This document shows, one piece after another, positions 55,941-64,000 of a stretch of 64,000 nt of DNA. Source of the stretch: Myxococcota bacterium. GTDB taxonomy: Bacteria; Myxococcota_A; UBA9160; UBA4427. Within the stretch, counting starts at the first letter, position 1. The number at the start of each line of letters is the position of its first letter. The notes beneath the pieces were generated by a model, which saw nothing but the letters and a program-made list of their open reading frames with translations, was not told where the DNA came from and did not search any database. The translations under genes were made by a program, and so were the position numbers. Location of the stretch: assembly GCA_965250285.1 (NCBI GenBank), contig OZ252299.1, forward strand, positions 2,944,001-3,008,000. The letters run 5' to 3'.

Positions 55941-57121
55941 GCCGGGCGCGGCTCCTTGGGCAGGCCGAGGGCCCGCTCGCTGATGATGTTGCGCTGAATC
56001 TGGTTCGAGCCGGCGTAGATCGTGTCGCTGCGCGTGAACAGGTACATGCGCTGGAGCCGCGACAGATCGTAGGGCGCGCCGTTCGCGATCTCGGCCTCGG
56101 GGCCGATCACGTCCATCGCGAGCTTGCCGAGCTCGCGATGCCAGGTGGCCCAGAAGATCTTGGTGATCATCCCCTCACGACCGCCGTCGACGCCCTCGTG
56201 ACTCAGCGTGCGCAGCGCGTTGTAGCGCTGGATCCGCAGCCCGATCCAGGCGTCGGCCAGGCGCTGCCGAATGAGCGGATCCTTGGCTCGGCCGTTGTCC
56301 TTCGCGATCTGGATGATCTCGTCGAGCTCGTTCTGGAAGCTCATCTGCTGGCCGAGCGTCGAGGCGCCCCGCTCGAACGCCAGGGTGCCCATCGCGACCT
56401 TCCAGCCGCCGTTCACGTCGCCCACGATGTTGGCCTCGTCGGCCTTCGCGTCGTTGAAGAACACCTCGCTGAACTCGGCGTCGCCCGTCATCTGCACGAT
56501 CGGCCGCACGTCGACACCCGGCTGGTCCATCTCGCAGAGGATGTACGAGATGCCGCGGTGCTTCGGCTGCGCGTTCGCGTCGGTGCGGCAGACCACGAAG
56601 CACCAGTCGCTCCAGGCCGCGCCGCTCGTCCATACCTTCTGGCCGTTCAGCACCCACTCGCCGTCGACGAGCTCGGCGCGGGTCTGCACGTTGGCGAGAT
56701 CACTGCCGGCGCTGGGCTCGCTGTAGCCCTGGCACCAGATTTCCTCGCCGCTCAGGATGCCGGGCAGAAATCGCTGCTTCTGCTCTTCGGTGCCGAAGTG
56801 GATCACCGTCGGCGCGAGCAGGCCCTCGCCGATGTGCCCCATGCGGCCGGGGCCCTGGGCGCGCGCGTATTCTTCATAGAAGATCACCTGCTGGGTCAGC
56901 GAGAGATCGCGGCCGCCCACGTCCTTCGGCAGCGCGATGCCGATCCAGCCGGCGTCGCCCAGCTTGCGCTCCCAGGCCTTGCGCTCGTCGACGAGCGAGT
57001 GCTCGTCACCCGGGCCACCGCGGCCCTTCACGGCCTTGAACTCGCCGTTCAGGTGCTCGGCGAGCCAGCCGGCGATCTCGCGGCGGAAATCCTCGTCTTC
57101 GTCGCTGAAGCGGGCATGCAT
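55937..57121 (-). CDS. fadE30: Acyl-CoA dehydrogenase (FadE30/IpdE1-like)
   Basis: G.GGPG.EH, QVIFYEEYARA, WCQGYSEP, ERGASTLGQQ, LFTRSDTIYAGSNQIQRN. Confidence 0.8.
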   Translation of the reverse strand: MHARFSDEDEDFRREIAGWLAEHLNGEFKAVKGRGGPGDEHSLVDERKAWERKLGDAGWIGIALPKDVGGRDLSLTQQVIFYEEYARAQGPGRMGHIGEGLLAPTVIHFGTEEQKQRFLPGILSGEEIWCQGYSEPSAGSDLANVQTRAELVDGEWVLNGQKVWTSGAAWSDWCFVVCRTDANAQPKHRGISYILCEMDQPGVDVRPIVQMTGDAEFSEVFFNDAKADEANIVGDVNGGWKVAMGTLAFERGASTLGQQMSFQNELDEIIQIAKDNGRAKDPLIRQRLADAWIGLRIQRYNALRTLSHEGVDGGREGMITKIFWATWHRELGKLAMDVIGPEAEIANGAPYDLSRLQRMYLFTRSDTIYAGSNQIQRNIISERALGLPKEPRPA

Positions 57122-57187
57122 GGGGCGGGGGACCTCGAAACGGGCGATTGGGGAGGATTGGGGACGCCTGGAAGGCCCGAAGAGATT

Positions 57188-57206
57188 ACGATACGCTGCG
57201 ACTCGA
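57188..57206. promoter_or_regulatory. Operator copy 2, in the divergent fadE30/fadD3 intergenic region
   Basis: ACGATACG-CTG-CGACTCGA. Confidence 0.6.
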
Positions 57207-57259
57207 AACAACCCCCGGCGGGGATCCCGCCTTATGCGACCGGCGCACCGGAGAAGCCG

Positions 57260-58816
57260 ATGGAACCGACCACCCCCCAGCTCGTCGAGGGCGCGGCCGC
57301 ACGCTTCGGCAGCGACACCTACATCGAAGACGGCGACGTACAGATCAGCTTCGAGGATCTGGCCGATCGCGTCGTGCGCGCCGGCCGTGCGTTCGCGGCC
57401 GCGGGCGTCGAACCCGGCGACTGCGTCGGTGTCTGGGCGCCGAACTCCTGGCAGTGGATCGTGTCGGCCCTCGGCCTGCAGGCCGCCGGTGCGACCCTCG
57501 TCGCGCTGAACACGCGCTGGAAGGGCGCCGAGGCAGCGTACGCCCTCTCGCGCACGAAGACGAAGCTCGTCGTCACGGCGGGCGACTTCGTGGGCTTCGA
57601 CTACCTCGGCGAGCTGCAGAAGCAGGATCTGCCCGACCTGCAGAAGATCGTCTCGGTCGGCGACGACACGAACCGCGTCGAAGACTTCGATGCCTTCATC
57701 GAGGGCGGTGCGCGCTTCGACGAGGCCGAGCTGCGCAAGCGAGCCGCGGCGGTCGAGGCCGACACAACGAGCGACCTGATCTTCACGAGCGGCACGACCG
57801 GCCAGCCGAAGGCCGTGATGACCGCCCATGAACAGAACATCCGCGCGTTCGATGCCTGGGGCACCGTGGTCGGCCTGCGCCCCGGCGATCGCTACATCCT
57901 GATCAGCCCCTTCTTTCACGCCATGGGCTACAAGGCCGGCTGGCTCGCGTGCCTGATCAAGGGCGCGACCGCCCTGCCCCACGCCGTCTTCGACGCCGAT
58001 GCCATCACCGAGCGCGTCTCGAAGGATCGCATCAGCGTGCTCGTCGGCCCGCCGACGATCTACCAGACGCTGCTCGCCTTGCCCGACATCGCCGAGCGTG
58101 ACGTCGAAGCGCTTCGACTCGCGGTGACCGGCGCCGCCCCGGTGCCGGTCGAGATGATCGCGCGCATGCGCAGCGAGCTCGGCTTCGAGACGATCATTAC
58201 CGGCTACGGGCTGACCGAGTGCTGCGGCATCGTGAGCATGTGTCGCCACGACGACGCGCCCGAAACCATCTCACGGACGAGCGGCCGCGCGATCCCCGAC
58301 GTCGAGGTGAAGTGCGTCGATCGCGAAGGCGTCGAAGTGCCGCGGGGTGAGCCCGGCGAGGTCGTCGTGCGCGGATACAACCTGATGCAGGGCTATCTCG
58401 GGGACCGCGCCGCCACCGACGAGACGATCGACGGGGACGGCTGGCTGCACACCGGCGACATCGCCGTGATGGACGACGCGGGCTACGTCACGATCACCGA
58501 CCGCATCAAGGACATGTACATCTGCGGTGGCTTCAACTGCTACCCGGCCGAGATCGAGAACATCCTCTTCGGTCGCGGCGACATCGCGCAGGTGGCGGTC
58601 GTGGGCACGCCCGACGACCGCATGGGCGAGGTCGGCGTCGCGTTCGTCGTCCCGGGCCCGGGCGCGCGCCTCGATGCCGAAGGGCTCCGCGGGTGGAGCC
58701 GCGACCACATGGCCAACTACAAGGTGCCCCGACGCTTCGAGCTCGTCGACGAGCTGCCGACGAACGCGACGGGCAAGATCGACAAGATCAAGCTGCGTGA
58801 GGTGGCCGCGGGCTGA
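57260..58816 (+). CDS. fadD3: Acyl-CoA ligase (FadD3-like HIP-CoA synthetase)
   Basis: FTSGTTG.PK, PFFH..GYKAGW, GYGLTE, WLHTGD, GGFN.YPAEIE; HIP context. Confidence 0.8.
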   Translation: MEPTTPQLVEGAAARFGSDTYIEDGDVQISFEDLADRVVRAGRAFAAAGVEPGDCVGVWAPNSWQWIVSALGLQAAGATLVALNTRWKGAEAAYALSRTKTKLVVTAGDFVGFDYLGELQKQDLPDLQKIVSVGDDTNRVEDFDAFIEGGARFDEAELRKRAAAVEADTTSDLIFTSGTTGQPKAVMTAHEQNIRAFDAWGTVVGLRPGDRYILISPFFHAMGYKAGWLACLIKGATALPHAVFDADAITERVSKDRISVLVGPPTIYQTLLALPDIAERDVEALRLAVTGAAPVPVEMIARMRSELGFETIITGYGLTECCGIVSMCRHDDAPETISRTSGRAIPDVEVKCVDREGVEVPRGEPGEVVVRGYNLMQGYLGDRAATDETIDGDGWLHTGDIAVMDDAGYVTITDRIKDMYICGGFNCYPAEIENILFGRGDIAQVAVVGTPDDRMGEVGVAFVVPGPGARLDAEGLRGWSRDHMANYKVPRRFELVDELPTNATGKIDKIKLREVAAG

Positions 58817-58867
58817 GCGGGCCAGCGCTGGCCCCTACCCGTTCGCGCCCCACCGAAGAGGATCGAC

Positions 58868-60448
58868 ATGTCTGCGCCCGCGCCGCTGCTCGAGATCCCC
58901 TGCCTGTGGTCGCTGATCGAGGCGCGGGCCGATTCGACGCCCGATGCGCTCTTCGCGGTCGACGAGCAGGAGCGCACCTGGAGCTTCGCCGACTACCGCG
59001 ACGCGAGCCTCCGCTGCGCGGCCGGCCTCGCCGCGCTGGGCGTCGGCGAGGGCACGCGCGTGTCGTGGGTGCTGCCCACCTGGCTCGAAGCGATGGCGCT
59101 CGTCGGGGGCCTCGCGCGCCTCGGCGCGGTGCAGAACCCGATCCTACCGATCTACCGCGAGCGCGAGATCGGCTTCGTGACGCGTCAGATCGAAGCCTCG
59201 CTGCTGGTCGTGCCCGGCACATTCCGGGGCTTCGACTATGCAGCGATGGCGAACGACATCGCCGCGCAGCAGCCGGGCCTCGACGTGCTCGTCGTCGACC
59301 GCGACGCGCCGTCGGGCGACCCCGCGCAGCTCGCCCCGTGGCGGGCGCCCGATGACGATCCGGTGCGCTGGCTCTTCTACACGAGCGGGACGACCGCCGA
59401 TCCGAAGGGAGCGCAGCATACGGACGGCACGCTCAGCGCGTTCTCGCTCGGTCTTTCGCGCTGCGTCGACCTGCAGCCCGACGATCGCGTCGCGCTCGTC
59501 TTTCCCTTCACGCACATCGGGGGCATCGGCTGGCTCTACTGCGGGCTGCAGGCCGGCGCCGGTCACATCGCGGTCGAGGCATTCGACCCGGCGACGACGA
59601 TCCCGCTGCTCGCGAAGCACGGCGTCACCCAGGCGACTGCGGGCACGGCCTTTCATCAGGCGTATCTCGCCGCCCAGCGCGCCCAGCCCGGCGAGACGCT
59701 CTTTGCGCACGTGCGCACGTTCCCGGGCGGCGGCGCACCGAAGCCGCCGCAGCTGCACTACGACGTCAAGAACGAGCTCGGCGGCACGGGCATCGTCTCG
59801 GGCTACGGCATGACCGAGTGCCCGACGATGGCGATGAATCGTGCGGGCGACGACGACGAGAAGCTCGCGCACACCGAGGGTCAGAGATCGCCCGATACGG
59901 TCGAGCTGCGCGTCGTCACGCTCGACGAGCGCGTGGCCGCGGCGGGCGAGGAAGGCGAGATCCGCGTCAAGGCGCCTCAGCTCTGCAAGGGCTACGTCGA
60001 CGCTTCGCTGAACGAAGCGGCCTTCGACGCCGACGGGTTCTTTCGCACCGGCGACCTCGGCCATCTCGATGCCGACGGCTACGTCGTCATCACCGGCCGG
60101 CTGAAGGACGTGATCATTCGCAAGGGCGAGAACATCAGCGCCAAGGAGATCGAGGATCTCCTCTACACGCACCCCGACGTCGAGGACGTCGCGGTGATCG
60201 GTCTCCCCGATGCGAAGACGGGCGAGCGCTGCTGCGCCGTCGTGGTGCCGAAGGCGGGGCGCCCGGCGCTCGATTTCGACGCGATGGCGGCGCATCTGCG
60301 CGCCGCGAAGCTGATGGTGCAGAAGATCCCCGAGCAGCTCGAGATCGTCGACGCGCTGCCGCGCAACCCGACCGGCAAGGTCGTGAAGCACGAGCTGCGC
60401 GATCGGTTCGGCGAACCCGGTGGCGCCGCGCCTCAGAACGAGACGTAG
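58868..60448 (+). CDS. AMP-binding acyl-CoA ligase (cyclohexanecarboxylate-CoA-ligase-like)
   Basis: YTSGTTADPKG, GYGMTE, FRTGDLG, IIRKGENI. Confidence 0.9.
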   Translation: MSAPAPLLEIPCLWSLIEARADSTPDALFAVDEQERTWSFADYRDASLRCAAGLAALGVGEGTRVSWVLPTWLEAMALVGGLARLGAVQNPILPIYREREIGFVTRQIEASLLVVPGTFRGFDYAAMANDIAAQQPGLDVLVVDRDAPSGDPAQLAPWRAPDDDPVRWLFYTSGTTADPKGAQHTDGTLSAFSLGLSRCVDLQPDDRVALVFPFTHIGGIGWLYCGLQAGAGHIAVEAFDPATTIPLLAKHGVTQATAGTAFHQAYLAAQRAQPGETLFAHVRTFPGGGAPKPPQLHYDVKNELGGTGIVSGYGMTECPTMAMNRAGDDDEKLAHTEGQRSPDTVELRVVTLDERVAAAGEEGEIRVKAPQLCKGYVDASLNEAAFDADGFFRTGDLGHLDADGYVVITGRLKDVIIRKGENISAKEIEDLLYTHPDVEDVAVIGLPDAKTGERCCAVVVPKAGRPALDFDAMAAHLRAAKLMVQKIPEQLEIVDALPRNPTGKVVKHELRDRFGEPGGAAPQNET

Positions 60449-61140
60449 AGCCCACCCGTCACGTCGCCCTGCGAGAGCACGGTGGTGTTGTCGAGCGACA
60501 CACCGCAGGTCAGCCCCCCCGATGAGGCGCAGAACCAGGACGCGTCACTGTTGATCACCGTGCCGAGGTAGCGAATCTGCGCCTTGATCCCGACGTGCTT
60601 CACGATCGGGATCTTCAGCCCCCCGATCGCCGAGAACGAAAAGAACCAGTCGGTGCTGGCGCTGGTGTTGATCGGCGTGATGTGTGTGGCGCCGATGCCG
60701 AGGCCGATGAACGGCACGAGGTGCTTCTGCATCGGCAGGTCGAGCTCTCCGCCGAGCTGCAGGATGCCGATGTCGACGTCGAAGCTGGTCGAAGGCGGTA
60801 CGCCCGTCGCCGAGTCGAAGTGCGCCGTCGTGGCCTGACGCGAGTAGCTGACGAAGGCAAAGCCGTCTTCCTGCACGCGCAGCCCGGCCTGCACCGTCCA
60901 CGCCTGGGCCGGGTCGATGTCGATGTTGCCCTCTTCGAGGTTCAGCGAGCCGCCGAACTGGATGCCGTAGAGGCCGGTGATCTGCACCTTGCCCGGATCG
61001 ATGATCTCGGGCTTCGGTCGAGAGCCCTGGGCGAGCGCGGACTCGCCCACGAGGAGCGCGCACGCGGCGAGCAGCCCGGCGGCGGCGCGCAGCTGTCGGC
61101 GGCGGCATCGGCCGAGTCGATGCGGGTGCTTGCGGATCAT
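60433..61140 (-). CDS. Outer-membrane beta-barrel protein
   Basis: Signal peptide ending ALA|Q, LVPFIG.G.G, Cys pair in a loop, terminal GLYVSF. Confidence 0.75.
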   Translation of the reverse strand: MIRKHPHRLGRCRRRQLRAAAGLLAACALLVGESALAQGSRPKPEIIDPGKVQITGLYGIQFGGSLNLEEGNIDIDPAQAWTVQAGLRVQEDGFAFVSYSRQATTAHFDSATGVPPSTSFDVDIGILQLGGELDLPMQKHLVPFIGLGIGATHITPINTSASTDWFFSFSAIGGLKIPIVKHVGIKAQIRYLGTVINSDASWFCASSGGLTCGVSLDNTTVLSQGDVTGGLYVSF

Positions 61141-61281
61141 CCATCCCCCCTCGGCGCCGAGCGCCGTCTGGACGAGCATCGCGCGAATCGACGCGATTCC
61201 AATGGCCTATCGGCATTTCTGCCGATTCATGAAGGGGGATTCGGAGGTAAGGGGGTTCGGAACGCCGGCGGTCGACTCGGG

Positions 61282-61881
61282 CTATCGGCTCGCGAGGATG
61301 CCCGAGAGCGCCAGATCGACCATCGGGCCCACGCTCTTCGCGTTCAGCCGGCCCCCCTTGAAAAAGAGGGTGACTGCGATGGGCCCGACCACCAGATCGG
61401 TGGCCAGGTCGATATCGAGATCGGCGGCAATCTCGCCGCGCTCACGGGCCCGCTCGAACGCTTCGCTGAGCGGCCGACGACGGCCGAGGCTGACCGGCGT
61501 GAAGAGTTCGTCGAGCTCGGGGTTGTGGCTGCGCTCGCCGGCGAGGCTCGGCAGCACGGCTGCGAGCGCCGTCGTGTTGAACGTCTCGATGTAGCTCGTC
61601 AGCATGCGCTTGAGGTCGTCGGCCAGACGCCCGGTATCGCACGCCTCGAAGGCCGGCAGCTGACCGAACGCCTCGACGACGAGGGGCAGCTTCGAGGGCC
61701 AGCGGCGATAGATCGTGGCCTTGCCGACGCCCGCGCGTGTGGCGACCCCCTCGACCGTGAGCGCCGAGAAGCCGACCTCGGCGAGCAGCTCGAGCGTGGC
61801 ATCGAGGATCGCCTTGTGGGCCTCCTCGCTGCGGGGCCGGCCGGTGCTCGCCGCCGTCTCGGTCTTGCCGGGTGCGCTCAT
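61282..61881 (-). CDS. TetR/AcrR family regulator
   Basis: GRPRS...AILDATLELL...G...LTVEGVA.RAGVGKATIYRRWPSK. Confidence 0.93.
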   Translation of the reverse strand: MSAPGKTETAASTGRPRSEEAHKAILDATLELLAEVGFSALTVEGVATRAGVGKATIYRRWPSKLPLVVEAFGQLPAFEACDTGRLADDLKRMLTSYIETFNTTALAAVLPSLAGERSHNPELDELFTPVSLGRRRPLSEAFERARERGEIAADLDIDLATDLVVGPIAVTLFFKGGRLNAKSVGPMVDLALSGILASR

Positions 61882-61973
61882 GATTCCCTTGGGGTGCGGT
61901 CCACTCGTCCCGATGGGGCGGCGTGGAGTCGGTGACGGGCGGGTCCCTGGCGCGCCCGTCCCGCTCGGACATT

Positions 61974-61992
61974 ACGATACTATACGTCTCGA
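61974..61992. promoter_or_regulatory. Operator copy 3, between tetR and the divergent ligase gene
   Basis: ACGATACT-ATA-CGTCTCGA. Confidence 0.65.
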
Positions 61993-62013
61993 TTTGATTC
62001 ATCCGACGCCGCT

Positions 62014-63606
62014 GTGACCCAACCCGCCCCGAACCCGCTCTGCACCCACGTCGCGGCCCACGCCGCCGCGCGACCCGACGCCCTCGCCTACGCCGGCGAG
62101 TGGGGTCGCATCTCGTGGCGAGAGCAGCATGCCCTCGTCGAGCGCATCGCGGGCGTCCTGCACGCACTCGGACTCGAGCGGGGCAGCCGGGTCGCCGTGT
62201 TGCTGCCCGATGGGCCCCACGTGCACGCATGCCTCGTCGCCATCGAGCGCGCCGGACTCGTCGCCATGGGGATCGGGCCGCGCGCCGGCGCTCAGGAGAT
62301 CGAGCACCTGCTGCGCCAGAGCAGCGCACGCGTCTGGATCTCGCGAGACGTGCACGCCGATCGCTCGACGGCCTCGTTCATCGCCGAGCTTCGGGGCGAG
62401 GGCGTCGCGCTCGATCACCACGTCGTGATCGCCAGCGAGCCAACGGCGTCGCCCGAGATCTCCGTCGACGGAACGGCGCCGGTCGGCGAGGCGCCCCCCC
62501 CGGCCGAGACCGCGCGTCGCCCCGGAGAGGTGAGCCTGCTGAACTCGACGTCGGGCACGACGGGCATGCCGAAGTGCGTCGTCCACGATCTCGACCGCTG
62601 GCTGGCGTTTCATGCGCTGGCCGTGCCGCGGGGGCGACTCTCGCCGTCAGACGTCTTCATGAGTGTCGTCCCCGCCCCCTTCGGCTTCGGCCTGTGGACG
62701 AGTCACGTCTCACCGACCCTGTTGGGCGTGCCCTGTATCGTGATGGAACGCTTCGACGCGAGTGCGGCGCTCGATCTGATCGAGTCGCATCGGGTCAGCG
62801 TGCTCACCGCCGTCTCAACGCAGTTCATCATGATGATCGGCGCCCTCGACGAGAAGCCGCGCGATCTGTCGAGCTTGCGCGTGTTGTTCACGGGTGGTGA
62901 GGCCGTGCCATACGATCAGGCGGCCGAGTTCGAAGAGCGCACCGGCGCCACCGTGCTGCAGTTCTACGGCTCGAACGAGACCGGTGCGGTCAGCGGCACG
63001 TCGCTCGACGACGACCGCGACCTGCGCTTTCGCACCGCCGGGCGCGTGATCCCCGAGATGCACGTGCGGCTCTTCGACGAAGCAGGCCGCGACGTGACGT
63101 CGACCGGGCGCGGGCAGCCGGGCTGCCGCGGCCCGACGCTCTCGCGTGGCTACGACGGGCCGGGCAGCGACGCCGCCAACGCCGAGCTGATTCGTGAAGA
63201 CGGTTGGTTCCTGCTGGGTGACATCGTCACGCTCGAGGACGACGTACTGACCGTGGTCGGCCGCACGGACGACTTCATCATACGCGGCGGCAAGAACGTC
63301 AGCGGCCCTGCCGTCGAAGCGCAGGTGATGCAGCACCCGAACGTGCGCCTTGCGGCCGCCGTTTCGATGCCCGACCCGGTCTTCGGCGAGAAGGTCTGTG
63401 TGTACGTCGAGCTCGAACCGGACCAGAGCCTCGACCTCGCCGCGTTGACCGGCTTCCTGGCCGACCGCGACGTGTCGAAGGAGTGGTGGCCCGAGCGGCT
63501 CGAGATCGTCGACGCCCTGCCGCGCGGCACCGGCGGCAAGGTCGCCAAGGCTCGGCTGCGAGACGACGTCCGCGCGAAGCTCGACCGCGAAGCCCAGGGC
63601 GGCTGA
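62014..63606 (+). CDS. AMP-binding acyl-CoA ligase
   Basis: NSTSGTTGMPK, FYGSNETG, GD, IIRGGKN, GGKVAK. Confidence 0.9.
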   Translation: MTQPAPNPLCTHVAAHAAARPDALAYAGEWGRISWREQHALVERIAGVLHALGLERGSRVAVLLPDGPHVHACLVAIERAGLVAMGIGPRAGAQEIEHLLRQSSARVWISRDVHADRSTASFIAELRGEGVALDHHVVIASEPTASPEISVDGTAPVGEAPPPAETARRPGEVSLLNSTSGTTGMPKCVVHDLDRWLAFHALAVPRGRLSPSDVFMSVVPAPFGFGLWTSHVSPTLLGVPCIVMERFDASAALDLIESHRVSVLTAVSTQFIMMIGALDEKPRDLSSLRVLFTGGEAVPYDQAAEFEERTGATVLQFYGSNETGAVSGTSLDDDRDLRFRTAGRVIPEMHVRLFDEAGRDVTSTGRGQPGCRGPTLSRGYDGPGSDAANAELIREDGWFLLGDIVTLEDDVLTVVGRTDDFIIRGGKNVSGPAVEAQVMQHPNVRLAAAVSMPDPVFGEKVCVYVELEPDQSLDLAALTGFLADRDVSKEWWPERLEIVDALPRGTGGKVAKARLRDDVRAKLDREAQGG

Positions 63607-63704
63607 AGCGCGGCACCGCGCGGTTCGCACCCGAGGCTGAGGCGCGGCACCGCGCGGTTCGCACCCGATGGCCGAAAGCGCGGCGCCCTCGCGGTCGGAC
63701 CCGA
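63601..63704. repeat. Tandem repeat, 34-bp unit x 2 plus a degenerate third copy, starting at the ligase stop codon
   Basis: GGCTGA(A/G)GCGCGGCACCGCGCGGTTCGCACCCGA at 63601 and 63635; decayed copy at 63670. Confidence 0.85.
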
Positions 63705-63839
63705 AGGCCCCCCCCGCGGGCGATCGCCCAGGCGTCTCCAGATCGTGCATTTCGGCTGCGCTCCTTCAGCCTGGGTTCAGCATCGCCTGCGTACTCTGCA
63801 GACGTTCGACGGGAATCCACCCGTGAAGGAGGGAACGTC

Positions 63840-64000
63840 ATGCGACAGACCCACATCGTCCTGGCCCTGCTGCTGACCCTGACCGTGGCCACCCCGGCCG
63901 TGGCCGGCGTGCGTCGTCCCGTCGACCGCGAGAGCGATCGCGGCCGCGAGCGCCATGAGGCGATGCACGAGCAGGAGTGGTCCGACCACGCGTCCGATCA
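63840..64000 (+). CDS. Exported protein, N-terminus only (runs off the window)
   Basis: AAGGAGG RBS; MRQTHIVLALLLTLTVATPAVA signal peptide. Confidence 0.65.
   Translation, partial: MRQTHIVLALLLTLTVATPAVAGVRRPVDRESDRGRERHEAMHEQEWSDHASD

Overview
GC-rich, gene-dense chromosomal DNA from a diderm bacterium: it encodes outer-membrane barrels, a two-partner secretion pair and a PEP-CTERM motif. A Myxococcota/deltaproteobacterial-type host is my inference. I recognised no rRNA, tRNA, CRISPR array, integrase or transposase. There are four blocks. (1) 1-17.7 kb: envelope, signalling and housekeeping genes, including an AlgI-like MBOAT, psd, a Ser/Thr kinase-FGE protein, DUF4384-OmpA, a CdaA-CdaR-like diadenylate cyclase, an ankyrin-caspase lipoprotein, gloA, TetR plus a diiron protein, amtB, OsmC and recQ. 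(2) 17.7-32.4 kb, the most unusual part: an ECF sigma factor and a double-zinc-finger anti-sigma with an exported DUF928-like domain lie divergent from a membrane TPR protein and a stand-alone winged-helix regulator. A four-gene operon follows, encoding an apparent polyprotein (internal PEP-CTERM immediately followed by a second signal peptide), a filamentous-haemagglutinin-type TpsA, TpsB and an exported TPR-CHAT protease. Together these suggest a caspase-family-protease-gated trans-envelope signalling system. (3) 32.4-44.9 kb and 55.1-63.6 kb: an apparently complete steroid C/D-ring (HIP) catabolic gene set (ipdABC, echA20, fadE30-33, fadA6, ipdF, fadD3). A shared 19-bp operator-like palindrome occurs at three promoter regions, one of them beside a TetR gene. 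(4) 44.9-54.8 kb: mixed accessory genes, including a GIY-YIG nuclease, an Imm-SH3 fusion, a P450 and an Erm-like methyltransferase with a candidate leader peptide. All family calls come from motif recognition by eye; no database search was run, and many start codons are my choice within longer ORFs.
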